Source: the human T2T-CHM13v2.0 reference genome, Homo sapiens | Assembly (NCBI RefSeq): GCF_009914755.1 | Contig: NC_060938.1 | Strand: one strand, 5' to 3' | Length of the DNA: 64,000 nucleotides | Shown here: positions 1 through 14,321 of the stretch, in pieces | Numbering within the stretch: position 1 is the first letter of the stretch | How the letters are laid out: each line of letters opens with the position of its first letter | The notes under the pieces: generated by a model | Database searches by the model: none | What the model was told of the DNA's origin: nothing | What the model saw: the letters and a program-made list of their open reading frames with translations, nothing else | Program-made: the position numbers and the translations under genes

Positions 1-1249
1 CACTGATTGCTATCAGTGCCCTAAGCCTCCAGTAAAAAAAAAAAAAAGAAAGAAAATTGTGGCTCTTTTCCTGTTTACTTTCTATTTATACTCCTCGAAT
101 TAAAATAAACTTCAGCCATAAGTGAAATCCATATGCTGTCAGGGTTGGTGAGTTTTGATAATACTGGACAAATCCTAAATTAAGAATGTACACTTGAGTG
201 CTGATTGTGAAGCCCAATGGCATAGAAGCATAAATCCCTCTATAGTCATTCCCATATGTGAAAACAGGGAGTAGGGTTGGTGGTGCTTGAGGACAGATCG
301 TTAGATGACTTATTTAATATCCTCTCCTATTGATGAAGGTATGCTAGCCAAACTGGCATCTATCACAAAAGTGCAAAGTACAGGCAAGTAGGAATAAAAG
401 GAAAGAGATGGTGTGGCTTTGCAGAGAGCCCCTCTTCTTAAGCCATTTATCAGTGATGATGGATGTCAGCCCTAAAGTTAAAACTGATAAAGCACAAATC
501 TTATACATGTTACTTCTTTGGAAGAAGGACAAAAAAGGCCAGTAAAATATTCTTCATACTCTGACTTACTTTGGCATTTATTTATCATCAAGAATGAGCT
601 CACATTTGCCTGATAACACCACGGCCTTCCTTGAAAATGTACACAACCTAATCATGGTCTAAATATGCTATGCCACTTTTAATTTATTTGTTATTGCTTG
701 GTTTCTATTAAGATTCAAGCCATGCCAAAGGTATTCTCATGCGATTTTTTAAATGTACATTTGTATTTATTTGTATGGTGTGGTGATATTTTTCCTGGAA
801 TACTGAGTTACATTCATTCACTAATTCTTTATTTCAACACCAAATATATATTTAATATTCATTTATATGCTTGCTGCTACACATAGGGTGGTTACCAAGA
901 CAAAAGGAAGCTTCAGACCTTCTGAACTGATAGCAGCTGTTTGGGCAACACAGTTTAGCACCCTGTAGAATTTGTGAAACACAGGTTCTGTCCCTTCACA
1001 CATATTTAGTACCGAATCTAACCTAGTTTTTCTCCTGCCAGTCTCTATTATACACTTAGAAGTATAAGGCAGAAGCCATATCTTCATTTGATTTAGAATA
1101 AAAGACGAAAGAAGAGAAATCAGGAACATGTCCTTGTAAATATAACAGGATTTGAAGTCCCTCAGGCGCTGATAGTCATCCTCTAGATTTTTGTTGCCCC
1201 AGAACCTTCCTTGTAACTTCTGTTTCAGAATTGTGTATCTTAGAAATCA

Positions 1250-1635
<386 letters not shown>

Positions 1636-1689
1636 TTAGTCATTGTTTGACAAATATTTGCATTTCTACTGAGAACATGGAGAAATATT

Positions 1690-1900
1690 AATGCTTTTAT
1701 CAGTTTAATCAGTTTTGCTATACATATCTTGCTTTTTTTGGTGCATACACATTTAAGTTGCTATGGCTTTTTAGTGGATTGACTCTTCTATTCTTATAAA
1801 ATGTCTCTCTGCCTCTTTTAATTTATTTTTCTCTGAGGCTTACTTTATCTTATATTTATATAGCTACTGTTTCTTTCATTTCATTAATAAATGCATAATC
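1690..1900 (-). mobile_element. Old L1M fragment (ORF2 endonuclease region, antisense)
   Basis: GGTGCATACACATTTAAGTTG...GGATTGACTCTTCTATTCTTATAAAATGTCTCTC resembles antisense L1 ORF2 5' sequence; heavily diverged, boundaries approximate. Confidence 0.6.
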
Positions 1901-3059
1901 TATGTCTTCATTATTTTAAGAATGAATTCTTCATTATTTTAAGAATCTTTTGCCATATAGAATATTTTGTAGCTTTCACCTGTAACTATTAAAATAATCT
2001 AGAAGAAAGGACTCTTATTAGAATCATAGGTATGGAATACCGATAACATGGGTTTGAAAGGATAGTAAAAGGATGTATTAGGTAGATCTCAGTCATTCAA
2101 GAAGCTATCCAAACACCAGTCCTCAGTGTTCTAACGAGTTTTGATCTATGTACTTCTCATTTTTTCTCTTCACCTAACCTGAACTTGGTCCTGAAAGCTA
2201 TTTTTACTGACCTATGTGCCTCAGTTTTTCCCTGAACAATGCCTTTTTCTGATTAGAATGCTCCAGCCTAGTAAGTTCTGTCTGTCTCCTAAAAGATAAA
2301 AAGAAACACAAGCTCCTTTTGGTAGAGCTGCTGTCTTTATTTTTGACCTTATTCAAAACTCCATGATTTTGCACATCATGAAAACAGGCCTCCAACAACA
2401 GGCTTATGTTTCGTTTCAATGTAATCATTCTCAACCCTATACCTTCCTTAATACTTAATCGTCAATAAGAGGGGTTTATTAAAGAAAACAGGCTTTCCAG
2501 AAGCTTTTATCAACTTGTCTCAGATGTCTCAAGTCATTTGATACTATCTTAAAGAATTTCAAGATTGTGTTAAATGCTTATAAAATATTTAGACAAGAGA
2601 ACAAACTGGGCAGTTTTAAGGATATTTACATCACAGTATAATTCTTATTTGAAAATGAAAGATATTTCAATATTGTCTTAAATAATGACTTCATGTTAAT
2701 CCAATAATAATAATTGTTAAGAATTTATTTTTTTTTCTATAGCTGAAGTGACCGATGAGATTATCTAAATTAACTGCCACCTTTAGGCGATAAATGATTA
2801 TTACATTTGCAGAATTGCAATGGAGGCAGTAAAGGTTAAATGATTTGTTCAAGGCTGTACAGGGTCTTCCAGCAATTGAAGTTTCCTGGCCTCCTTTTTT
2901 TGTTTTTGTATGTCATTCCTTCTGGTACTGGAAAAACTTGATTTATGGCCTCAGACTACCTTTTAGCATTATCTTTGATCTACCTCTCACCGCTATATGA
3001 CTTCCAGCAATTTGCTTTTTAGCCTAAATTTTCTTGTTTCATAAAATGCATATAACTCC

Positions 3060-3363
<304 letters not shown>

Positions 3364-3449
3364 TCTATTTTGAACAGATGCTGTAAGGATCAGAATTAAC
3401 ATAAGTAAATCCTTTTGAACAAATGCCCAAATAACGATTGTGATTTTCA

Positions 3450-3600
3450 TGTCATTTAACAGAGTATTTATTGAGTGCCTACTCTATGAGATAATACCAG
3501 GTGCCAGAGAAATGAGATGAATAAGACTGCCATGTAAAAGAAACTCATAGTCACATGGGGAGAAAACATATAATTACTATATATTGCAATGTGATACCTT
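3450..3600 (-). mobile_element. L2 3'-end fragment
   Basis: CATTTAACAGAGTATTTATTGAGTGCCTACT...GATGAATAAGAC is typical of an antisense L2 terminus. Confidence 0.6.
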
Positions 3601-4777
3601 CTTTAAGAGGTAACATGCATCCTCCCGAGGTGCATGAACCTGGCTCTTAGCTTCTGTTTGGTAGCAACAGTGATACCTAGGCAGAAGAGCAGTAAGGTAA
3701 CCCACTTTATGAATTGTATGAGTTTCCATGTGGTGGTAATGGGATGACTCACCTCACCTTTTTGTTCAAAAACGTCAGCCAGTTTTCAAGGGTTCTCACT
3801 TTTTGTCTCACTACAGAGAAGTTTTGTTTAAGTATGAATGGGACCTACTTCTACTTCTTTTAGTTCAGCAATATAACTGGTTAATGACTTGTGGCAAATA
3901 GTTATGTACATCCTCAGATTTTACCAAGGTCACTGAAACCAGGGCATTTACTTTTGAATAAGTCTTGCTAAGGAAGCTTGTCTTGCCACTGGTAAAGTAT
4001 TTCCATAATCTCCTGACCTTAATCTCACAGGATATTCAGAGAGATTCCGGCAAAAAATTCACAATTCATCCAAATGCATGTTTGCCTTCCAGTACTGTGT
4101 TTCTTTGCCTGAGTGACTAGCAGCACTGACCTGTTCTTCTTTATCACCTGCAGGTTGCTCTGGCATTTCCGCTCCAGACCATCAAACTTTAAAGCATCAT
4201 GAAGACCCCGAGCCAAGCCTGGAAAAGTGTGTCCTTTCTGGTCCAGCACCTGCCTGTGTGCTCAACTCCATAAACTGCTGACTTCTAAGAGCTACTCACA
4301 GAGTGTGTGAGTAATCCAATTATCAAAGCTTAGCCAGAAGGGTTTATCCCAAACAAAGCAATGCACATTGGCATTGGAATGAAAGCGGACAGGCAAATGG
4401 GGGAAGCAAGTCAAAAACTTTGCAGTTACCAGAGCGGCATTGCAGAGTGACTGATTAAATTATTTTTGTCTTTTCAATCAGAGCTTTCACAGAAAGAGTA
4501 AAGAGCATCTCTACTTGCTGCAAATCTGGGTGTCTTAACAGACAGATTTAATTTGGCCTCACTTTCTGCCTGATATAGAGTGACATGCAGTAGGGGCTGG
4601 ACAAGCATATCAGATGAATGAGATTGCATGTGGGGCATTTTAGGCAAGAATGGAGGTGCAAGGTACTACATCTGGGTCCCAAGAATGAAAGTGACACTTT
4701 CTTTCTGGAGGCAACTTCTGCAAACAGAGAATGGAATTGAATCGACAGGTGTCATTATCGCTCCACTTTACCTGCAG

Positions 4778-4970
4778 GTTCTGAATTGGATTCTGCCATT
4801 TCCCAATAGTGCAGCTTTAAGAAAGTAATTTCGCACCTGATAGACTCAGTTTTCTCATCTCTAAACTGGGAGAAACATGAGTTCATAACTCACGGGGTTG
4901 TGGTGAGCATTCATTCTTATCATGTTCTTAGTAAAATATCTGACACAGACTATGAATTTAATTAGTGTTA
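4778..4970 (+). mobile_element. MIR SINE
   Basis: MIR core CTCAGTTTTCTCATCTCTAAACTGGG...GGGTTGTGGTGAG. Confidence 0.7.
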
Positions 4971-6484
4971 GTAATTAGCAAAATATGTTACAATTTAATA
5001 ATAATAGTGCCAATAGTCTGAGCTATTCTGTGGTTTTTAGATAAAAATTATTTAGGTGCTTGGCTGACAGTATCCTAAGATTAAGTCTACCTAATGAAAA
5101 CTATAACTTTGACCTTTGCAAAGCTACCAGTTTGTCATGCTTTATTTAACATAAATGAGATTAGCATTTTGCAGCAGCCTTTGTAGGGTCTTTAATTATT
5201 AGCCTGCAAGGAATTGGAGGTCTCTAGAAGCCAGGCATGTTGGCAGCGGCAGTATAAGAGTTTGAGATCTGAGTGGGGATCTGGCTGAGTGCAGGGGCAA
5301 ATGATCATTAACTGAAATGGCACCCCAGAAACAGAGGAGCAGCGAAGATGCTATAGCTGATCCTTTCCCCCCACCGGGCCATTCCACTCACAGGGCTACT
5401 TGCTCTTTAAAAGCCACAAGGCGCAGCTTTAGGGGAAGGTTTATATGGTAGCAAAAAAGAGTACTATAACTTCTAGAAATCAATGTGAAATTCCAGCCAT
5501 TATGTTCCTTTAAATCCAAAAATGCCAAACAACTTTGGGAAACAATGCATGTTTTCTGCCTCATTAAAATGACATAGCAAAGGATTCATGAATTGAGCAA
5601 ACTGAATTCAAAACAATGGACATAAGACATGCTATTTTATCCAAATATTTATATATGGAATATGCTTTTATATTATATATGTGTATGTGTAATTTGCACA
5701 CCTCTACCTCCTCTGGCCTTCTAGAGTCATTATTTCCAATCATTTTTGCCTTCTGTGCATTTAGGACATTCGGAGCTTTCTCAGGTGAGCTTGCATGTTC
5801 CCGGCTCCTGGCCCCATCAACTTTATGATCTTATTTGTATTGAAGGCTCTAGTGCTGCTCCCTCTCACCTTCCCATACTCTGTACTTACCTGCCTAGCCA
5901 TGTTTCCCCACCTGTTTTTGCTCAATGTATCACTAACATATGGTTGATTCATGAAACAAAATTTTACTGAAAGAAACTTATAAACAACCCACCAAAAATA
6001 ACCATCTCAAAAAATACCATCCTGAGGTACGTCAGTGTTTTCTAATATGGTAAAATGTTTATTGACCTTTGTTCTATTTGGCCTCCTACCTGCCAACAAG
6101 TTACTGGAGATTCTAGTTGTCTATTGAATCCTTCTCTTGTCTTTCTTTTTCACCTATTTTATTCCCCACCATCACCCTTATCTTTATCTCTCTAAGAAAG
6201 AATACAAATCCTTGTTATTTCATTATAAAATGCATTTTAACTTACTAAAATGGAACTTCTACCATGCTCCAGAACTATTTTAAAAGTTGCTATAGTTCTT
6301 TGCAAACAGAAAGCTCATCTATCCTGGGTTTCAAATTGTCTTTTTTTTTTTTTCTTAAGTCATACCATGCTCCACATTTCTAAGAAAGTGTCCTTCCCAT
6401 CAGTTCAGATCCCAGAGACAATACGTGGGTGTGGAAAGATTTCTTTCATTTACAAGAATCCAATATATGTGTGTATGCTAATGG

Positions 6485-6710
6485 TAACAACTCAACACTT
6501 GTAGAGAGCTTGCAGGATGCCAGGCATGGTGCCCAGTGATTTACTTGCCTCAAATTGTAAATCCTTGCAAAAAGCTTTGGAGGGAAATGCTATTTTTTTT
6601 AATCTTACATTTGAGGAAATTGAGACTTGGGGAAGATAAGTAATTGACTGTGACAGTGATTAAGATGAGAATGAAGCCCAGCTGAGCTGGTCTGATTCTG
6701 GAGCTTTTAT
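6485..6710 (-). mobile_element. MIR SINE
   Basis: TGCCAGGCATGGTG...TTACATTTGAGGAAATTGAGACTTGG...AAGTAATTG, antisense MIR core. Confidence 0.7.
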
Positions 6711-8344
6711 TGCTGTCATTGTGTGACTCTACTGTTAACCTGAACCATGGGAGAATTGCAGAGCCATGTAAAGAGAACTTCTGCCCATTCATAGCGGACT
6801 CAGCCTTGCATTGTATCCCAAAGTCCACCTAATTTAACTGCTACTTGTTTTCTGACTTTGGTACAGTGAGACTTTGGTAGAAAGAGAATCAGAGAGAGTC
6901 ATAAGTGCAGTAGATAAGACATTAGGAAAATCAGTTAGCATACCTGGGTGTCATTTTTTTAAATCCAAAAACTGGAGAAACAATACTTCTCAAACTCCCT
7001 TCTATATCAGGAAGCACCAAAGTTGAATTTTAAAAATACTTGAAAGAAATTATTGAAATGTGAAAATTCTGTAGAAATGTTTGCTACAGGCTCATTGTAC
7101 TATAATTATTCTGTTACACGGTTGCATAAATTTATGTGTGAATACATACAACCTACTTATCTTTCCTAGACTTTGTTATTACATTAAAAAACCATCATTC
7201 AAGTTATATTACATTTAGCAAAATGTAAGAGATTTGCAAACTGAGTTCTGAAGGGAAAGTTACATAGGCACTATCTTCCTAAATTCAATACCAGTTTTAA
7301 TATCCCTCAGTAAAGGGCACAGTTTATATTACTCCCTGTGGAAAGACGGAGGAGATGCTGGCAGCATGGAAGTTTCTGGCTGTCCTTCACTCGTATTTTT
7401 TGTAACTAGCTCATGAAAACTTCAGTGTAAATGTAACTGTGCTAACAGGGTATGGGCTTATGTGAAACTATCCCCTACATAGTAGAGTCTTGGATTCCGC
7501 GTGCAGACTTAACCTTCTGGGATGAATTTCAAAGCAGATTCATTATCAAACATCTGCCAGGGTCACTTTGAGTGTGATGTGGGAATGAGCATTAAGTCAG
7601 CATTGAAAAATCAAAGACAGATGCCCTCTTTTTTATTTTAAAAGAAAATGGATTTTTTATTTCCCTTAAAAAGTAAAGTTATGGCACTTAATTTTATTTC
7701 TCTTCTGCCAATCAGTTTAACCCTTCCTACCGGTAGGAACGAGAGGAAATACCCAAAACTGAACCGCAATAGATCAATTTCAAGAGTTTTTCTATCAAAT
7801 CACTACCCCTGGTTTCCAGAGACTATACATCCTGACTGCAATATACTCTTTCTTGATATCTCTGTGTCCTACAGAACCACAGCCTTAATAGATAGAAGAA
7901 CCACAGTTCTAGGATTTGGAGTGTCCACCGTTGCTGTCAGTTGTCATATCTAGGACTGCAGCATGGCTCAGAGCAGACTTGAGCAGGATGACAATGGACC
8001 TTCACCAGCTGGTGACACAAAAGACCTAACTCATAACCCAGCACCAAACAAAAGGGCAACAAGGGAATAACTGAAGTTATCTTAGCACAGTTTTACCATC
8101 AGTGTGCACTAGCGGGTACTGAGCAAAACCTCATTAAATAGTACATTTAGTGGAATAAATTTAATAGAATAAATGATTAAGGAAATGAACAAGTGAATGC
8201 AATGGAAGGGTTTCTAATCTCTAGTTCCACATTTTAATCTCAAGCTGATTATTCCCATCTATAATTTATTCTCCCTTTGTTTCCCTTCAAAAGAATCTTG
8301 CAGCTTATATAAAGCAGAATAAGCAATGCATGCATGTGCACGCG

Positions 8345-8370
8345 CACACACACACACACACACACACACA
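8345..8370. repeat. (CA)n microsatellite
   Basis: Direct read of about 12 CA units preceded by GCGCG. Confidence 0.95.
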
Positions 8371-10772
8371 ATCTGAGATAATCGGGTGGACAAAGAGCAT
8401 AACGGGATTTGTCTAATAACTGCCTTGATGCCCTTCAGAATGACCTTGGCTTTGCCCAAAAGCACTTGATTTGGCTACTGCCGTCACCTTTCGGCCTATA
8501 TAAGTCAACCAAGGTTGATCAGTAACTGTGGCGAATTTCAATTGTTGTTCTCAAAATCTCTACTTGCCTGGGGCTAAAGGCAGGGATATGAGTTTAGCAA
8601 GAGCCCTGCTTTGTTACAGGCAATAAGAGGAATACTGAAGGTAAAGATTCTAACACAGAGGACTTGGCCCTTGCTCCTCTGGCTTACACGTATACCATCA
8701 TAGTAAGAAATGCATACACAGGTCACTTTCTATATTACAATTTATTCTCAGCCAAAGGGCTATAAGAGGCGAAATTGTCTTTAATGGGATTTTGTAGAAG
8801 CACTCAAAGACATCGAAACCCAAGTTAGTAACTTGTTTCAGAAGACTGCAGAGTAGTTCACGATGGCAAGTATCTGCTCAAGGCTTTATGTGTTTCTCCT
8901 TGGAAATATCTTAAGATTGTTAATTATAATTATATTTTAAGTAGAAAAATATTTGTATATTAGAATATACATATGTACACAAATGTATACATATAATATA
9001 TAGTAGATTATATGCATGTGTATTACATCCACACATAGCAATCTATGTACATGTATACATATCTAGTACATATATGTACACAATATATAGACAATTTTAT
9101 GCGTATGCATGTCTATTTTTAATTACATATAAATATATAATTTATTCAGTACTTCAGCAAGTACTATCTTCTTTTGTGAGTTTTATAGCTGTGGACAAAT
9201 TTGCCTCCCCATATTAATGCTGGTAACTATTCTTTTGCTCTAACCAGTATTCTTACTTGTTCTTTTCTCTTGAATAATACCACTACAATTTTCCATTTAA
9301 TTTTCTCCCATTTCTTGCTTTTCAGTGGAGTATTCAGTCATGGTGCCCAACATCCCAGGGCATATCCCTGCTTTTAGCCACATGCAAGTAGAGATTTTGA
9401 GAACAATTGAAATTCGCCACAGTTACTGATCAACCTGGGTTGGCTTATATAGGCCTAAAGGTGATGGCAGTAACCAAATCAAGTGCTTGTGGGCAAAGCC
9501 AGGGACTGGTCTCCTCACAATGGATCTGTTATCTAGGCCAACCAATCAGACTCCCTGATAGATTTTTGTTGTTGTTGTTGTTTTTTCAGTAAATTCTGGG
9601 ATAACCTGGGGACTTGAATGGGCACCAACTTTTCTATCTGTGGAGAGACACTTTAGGGAGAATAAAGCTTCAGGAAAAGAAAAAGACAAAAGTGTGGTCA
9701 TGTTTTTTTTGTTGTTGTTTGTTTTGTTTTGTTTTCCTGAATCTTTGCATGAAGTTTGTCCTGAAAAAAAGCTGCATTCTTACTTACAGGAGTCACAGTA
9801 ACTCCTATTCAGAATTCCTTAACTAGTTCATTAACTAAGGAATTAAGAATAATATTCCTGGTAGTAGTTGAATAACAAGATGAAAAAGTTCTGTGTTCTT
9901 GGAGGTAGGCATCAAAATTTATTTTTCTTTATTGGGAAAATAGCTTAATAAGCCTGCTTGGGTAATTCAGCTTGAGTTGAGATTTCTCATCAGGGAGCAG
10001 TTATTCTGAAGAAGAGAGGAGACTATGCAGCGGCTGGGGGGTCTGGGAAGGAGAACATGAAGCGCAAACGGAAAATGTAGGAAGGAAAAAAAATAGAAGG
10101 CCTTTTGAGCACAACGGGGGTCATACAACACATGAGTTACCCTTCCCTGCCCTCCCTCTTGGCCTCAGCAATGTTCCTAAAGTCACTGGAATTTGGGAGT
10201 ACGTGTACTTTTGAATAAAATGATAAAAGATATTTTCATCACAGGGACGTGAACAACACCAAACATAGCACAGGTTGTTACTTGTTCTCAACCATATAAT
10301 CATAAGCCTTAGAAGGGAAACCAAAACATTTTTGGGAAGAGATTTGGACTCTCCCACACTATGCAAGTAATTCCTATCTCATTATACACAGATTTCCAAG
10401 AGTTCAGTATACACCAGATGATGCCTGCATCAGAGTCACAAACTGAGCAGGTAACACCATGAACATTAGAAAATAAATAGGGCAGCACGTTTCTCATTAT
10501 GAGGAACAACATTTTCCACAGGCCTATTTCCAAGATGGTGCTACAGGTATTAGGTCTGTGGAATATGCTGATTAATAATGGTGTTGTAAAGCCTGATGAT
10601 ACTTGTGGCTTTTCTACTTTAATGCCTTTTAAGATGCTGCTGACAACAGATAATTAACTTTGTTGTGGACAGGAAATTCAGATTGGATGGGGCTTTACCA
10701 AAAGCCCATGTTTTGCCCACTACCACTAGTGAAGTGCACACCTCCCACTCTCTCTTCTCAAATGCATATTGA

Positions 10773-11115
<343 letters not shown>

Positions 11116-11269
11116 TCCTGCAGGCAGCTTTCTAACTAGCTCAACAATCTGCTATCTTATCAATCAAATTTTCTCTCTGCTTTGTTATCCCCATCAGCAT
11201 TTGAACATACTGTAATATTCCCTTAGTTTCTGTGTCTCCTACTTGTTCTCTGCTGTTAATCTGTTCTCA

Positions 11270-11935
11270 TTTAAAGTAGAACTCCATGAATGGTTTGTCT
11301 ATACTAGCTGCTTCAATTCTCTCATCTATCATTCTTGTCTTGGTTCACTGTACTCAGGCTCTTAATCCCTCCTCATTACTATCAAAGCTATCTATGACCT
11401 CCAATCTGTGCCATCAGTTTGGTTCTTGTTTTGGTTTCTGTTTTTTTCTTGCTATACCTGTGTAGCAGGACAAGCTGCAGATAAAACCCCTCAAACACTG
11501 AGTTAAAGAAGGAAGGTCTTTATTTGGCCGGGAGCTTCTGCAAGACTCATGTCTCCAACAACTGAGCTCCCAGAGTGAGCAATTCCTGTCCCTTTTAAAG
11601 GCTCACAACTCTAATGGGGTCCGCTTAAGAGGGTCATGATCGATTGAGCAAGCAGGGGTATTGACTGGGGGCTGCATACACAGGTAATTAGAAAGGAACT
11701 GAACAGGACAGGGATCTTCACAGTGCCTTTTTATGCAAATAACTGATTAGGTCAGGGGTCGATTTTTAACTACCAGGCCCAGGGTGTGGCTCCAGGCTGT
11801 CTGCTTGTGGATTTCATTTCTGCCTTTTAGTTTTTACTTCTTCTTTCTTTGGAGGCAGAAATTGGGCATAAGACAATATGAGGGGTAGTCTCCTCCATTA
11901 CCTGTCTATGCCATTGGACGTAGTTGGAAAATCCA
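11270..11935 (+). mobile_element. L2 fragment interrupted by LTR2
   Basis: TTGTCTATACTAGCTG...ATGACCTCCA before the LTR and CCTGTCTATGCCATTGGACGTAGTTG after it read as colinear, diverged L2 ORF2 sequence. Confidence 0.6.
11461..11900 (-). mobile_element. Solo LTR2-family LTR (HERV-E/Harlequin, ERV1)
   Basis: Reverse complement begins TAATGGAGGAGACTACCCCTCATATTGTCTTATGCCCAATTTCTGCC and ends TTGTCCTGCTACA; exact 4-bp TSD CCTG at 11457-11460 and 11901-11904. Confidence 0.93.
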
Positions 11936-13411
11936 CAATATATAATGAGTATTAACATGAATGCTGTTCACACATCTAATAGTAGCTACTATCACAGGGT
12001 TGATAATCAAATGAGTCAACAAATGGAAAAATATTTGTAGAAAAATTAATCAGTATGCACATTTATTGAGAGTGCTATAGAAAACCCAGTTCACTACATT
12101 ATTTTTAAAACTAGCAGAGCCGAAGAAACATAGATGACCACATGCTATCCCTTAATCTTTACAATTTCTAATTTGTGGCATGAAATTTTGTTTTCTGTAT
12201 TTACAAAGGAGCCCTAATTTTATAAAATCTATTATTGTTTCTTTTCATTACTCCCTTTCTGGAAAGTAGGACTATTATGAAAATAATAGAAGATATAAAG
12301 ATGCAAACAGATGCAGTCTGATTCTCGGTTTCTGTTAAATACACAGCTAAAATGTTATGTTCAGGTCTCTTTCCTATTACCATGGCCCCAGCATTAGACC
12401 TTTCAACTCCTACAATTTGAAAAATAAGAGAGAAGGTTCCAATTGAAAGGGCATTCAACAACCACAAAAAACAATTGAAGGTCATTATTTTGTAGATATA
12501 GAGGCAGTTTCCCATAGCAAACTGCTAGTGAATTGGAACTATGACTCATGGATCTCGTCACTTGAGCCTGTTCTTCCTTTCCCATCTAGGTTGCCCTCCA
12601 AAGTGCCTAGATTTCAGAGGATTTGGGGTGTGATAAGTTACTGTGGCAGTACTGTCCATATAAATAATTTTTTAAAGTGGATTCTGGACTAGAATCTTAT
12701 GCTCTTCCTAAAGTAACTTTGTTGCTCAAATCAAAGTGATCATTCCTTATACTAAATTATTTGTAAGAAGATCAAATACATATGTTTGGATGTTTTGGAG
12801 TAAAGAAGCAGGGGAGTAGGGAAAGGTTTCCTGTGTTGTCTTCTCCTATCCCCAGTTCCAAGTGGGACACTGTCAAGATTCATGCATTTTCTCCTTTAAA
12901 TTAACATGGCTGAAATTAAGTGTGACGTTAATGGTCTCTTTGGGTTGCGACTTGGTTGCACAAAGCCCTGTATTTGGCTGTTTTGCTTGTTATCATGAGA
13001 AAAATCATTAAGTTGGTTTCACATTATCAACTGAAAAATCCACCCCTGACTGGTATCTGAATCCTATTTGCTATCTTCTGCCTACTCCTGCATGCAAACC
13101 TGACTGACTCCTACAGACTTCTACTGAATCAGGGATGTGAGATGTGTTGATCATCAGCTCATCTGTGCCTAAGATCCAATTGAGGAGGTAAGTATCTGTA
13201 CATCATCGCTGACTCAACTGACTTTTCTTTTCTTGCTTTGGGAAATAGTGTTGGACTTATATTCAAACACAAAATGTTTTCCTGATCAGATTGTTCTGAC
13301 CCCTACAGAGCTCTCTTTGACGGATGATAAATTTGAAAGCGAACATACAAAATATCTAGTCTTACCCTAACTAATGTGACATTTTCATCCCTTTTTGTCT
13401 GAGGAGCAAGT

Positions 13412-14189
13412 TGAAGATGATCAGGACATGCCACCCTAACATATGCTGCCTTGGTGTATGGATTACTTTGAGCGGAGGACACTTGAAACACAGCAAATGC
13501 AGGAAGAGGCTTTCTCGGAACTCCTCTTATCTGTGTAAAGACAGATATTCCAAAAGGAAATCAATGGTCATCAGTCCTTTCCCTGGAAGTTTCATCAATC
13601 TGGGAGTTTTGTTTAAAAAATTCTTTTTCTTAAGATCAAATGAAAATTTTAGACAAATTATAATTGTATATAATTATGGGATACACATTGATGTTATTAT
13701 ACACACACACACAGGCACAGTGCGGAATCATTGAATGAAGCTAATTAACAAAGCCACCATCGTGAATACTTAATAGAATTCAATATGCCCCTGTCTAACT
13801 GTAACTTTGTACCCTTTGACCAACATTTTCCCATTCCCTACACAAGATTAACTCTTATCACAGGAGAGGAGACTCTAGAAGTTGGCACCACACCCAGAAA
13901 GACTTTGTCACAAACCTATCACCTCTTGTTCTAAGGGTGCATTTATCTTCCCCAAAATAATTTACTCTCCTCTAAGTTGTCTACATTTGTCCTCTCCTCT
14001 CTCCTTAGCGGAGGGCATATATTCTAAATCTCGCTTATTTTTTGTGTATTTACTCTTTTTCTAGTGATGCCCCCAAACACGTAGTAAATTTGTATACCTT
14101 TTGTCCTGCTGATCTGGCTGTTGTCACTATATTTCATAGACTATTAAAGAAACTTTAGAGGGTGAAAGGAAAGTCTTCCTTCGCCTACA
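13412..14189 (+). mobile_element. Solo ERV1 LTR, MER34-like, interrupted by L1MA
   Basis: Starts TGAAGATGATCAGGACATGCCACCC..., ends CTTCCTTCGCCTACA; TG...CA termini with exact 4-bp TSD AAGT (13408-13411, 14190-14193). Confidence 0.8.
13607..13842 (-). mobile_element. L1MA 3'-end fragment inside the MER34-like LTR
   Basis: ATAATTGTATATAATTATGGGATACA...GCTAATTAACA...CTGTCTAACTGTAACTTTGTACCCTTTGACCAACAT is antisense L1MA 3' UTR. Confidence 0.8.
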
Positions 14190-14321
14190 AAGTTGTAACA
14201 ATAGTCTTTAAGAAAATTCCCATTTACAGACAGATGCCTCATTGTTCTTTTCATTATTCTGCTGGCAGGATATTTAAGAAATCGCCACATTGTGACAGCT
14301 ACTATTGTTGTTTGTAAGAGT

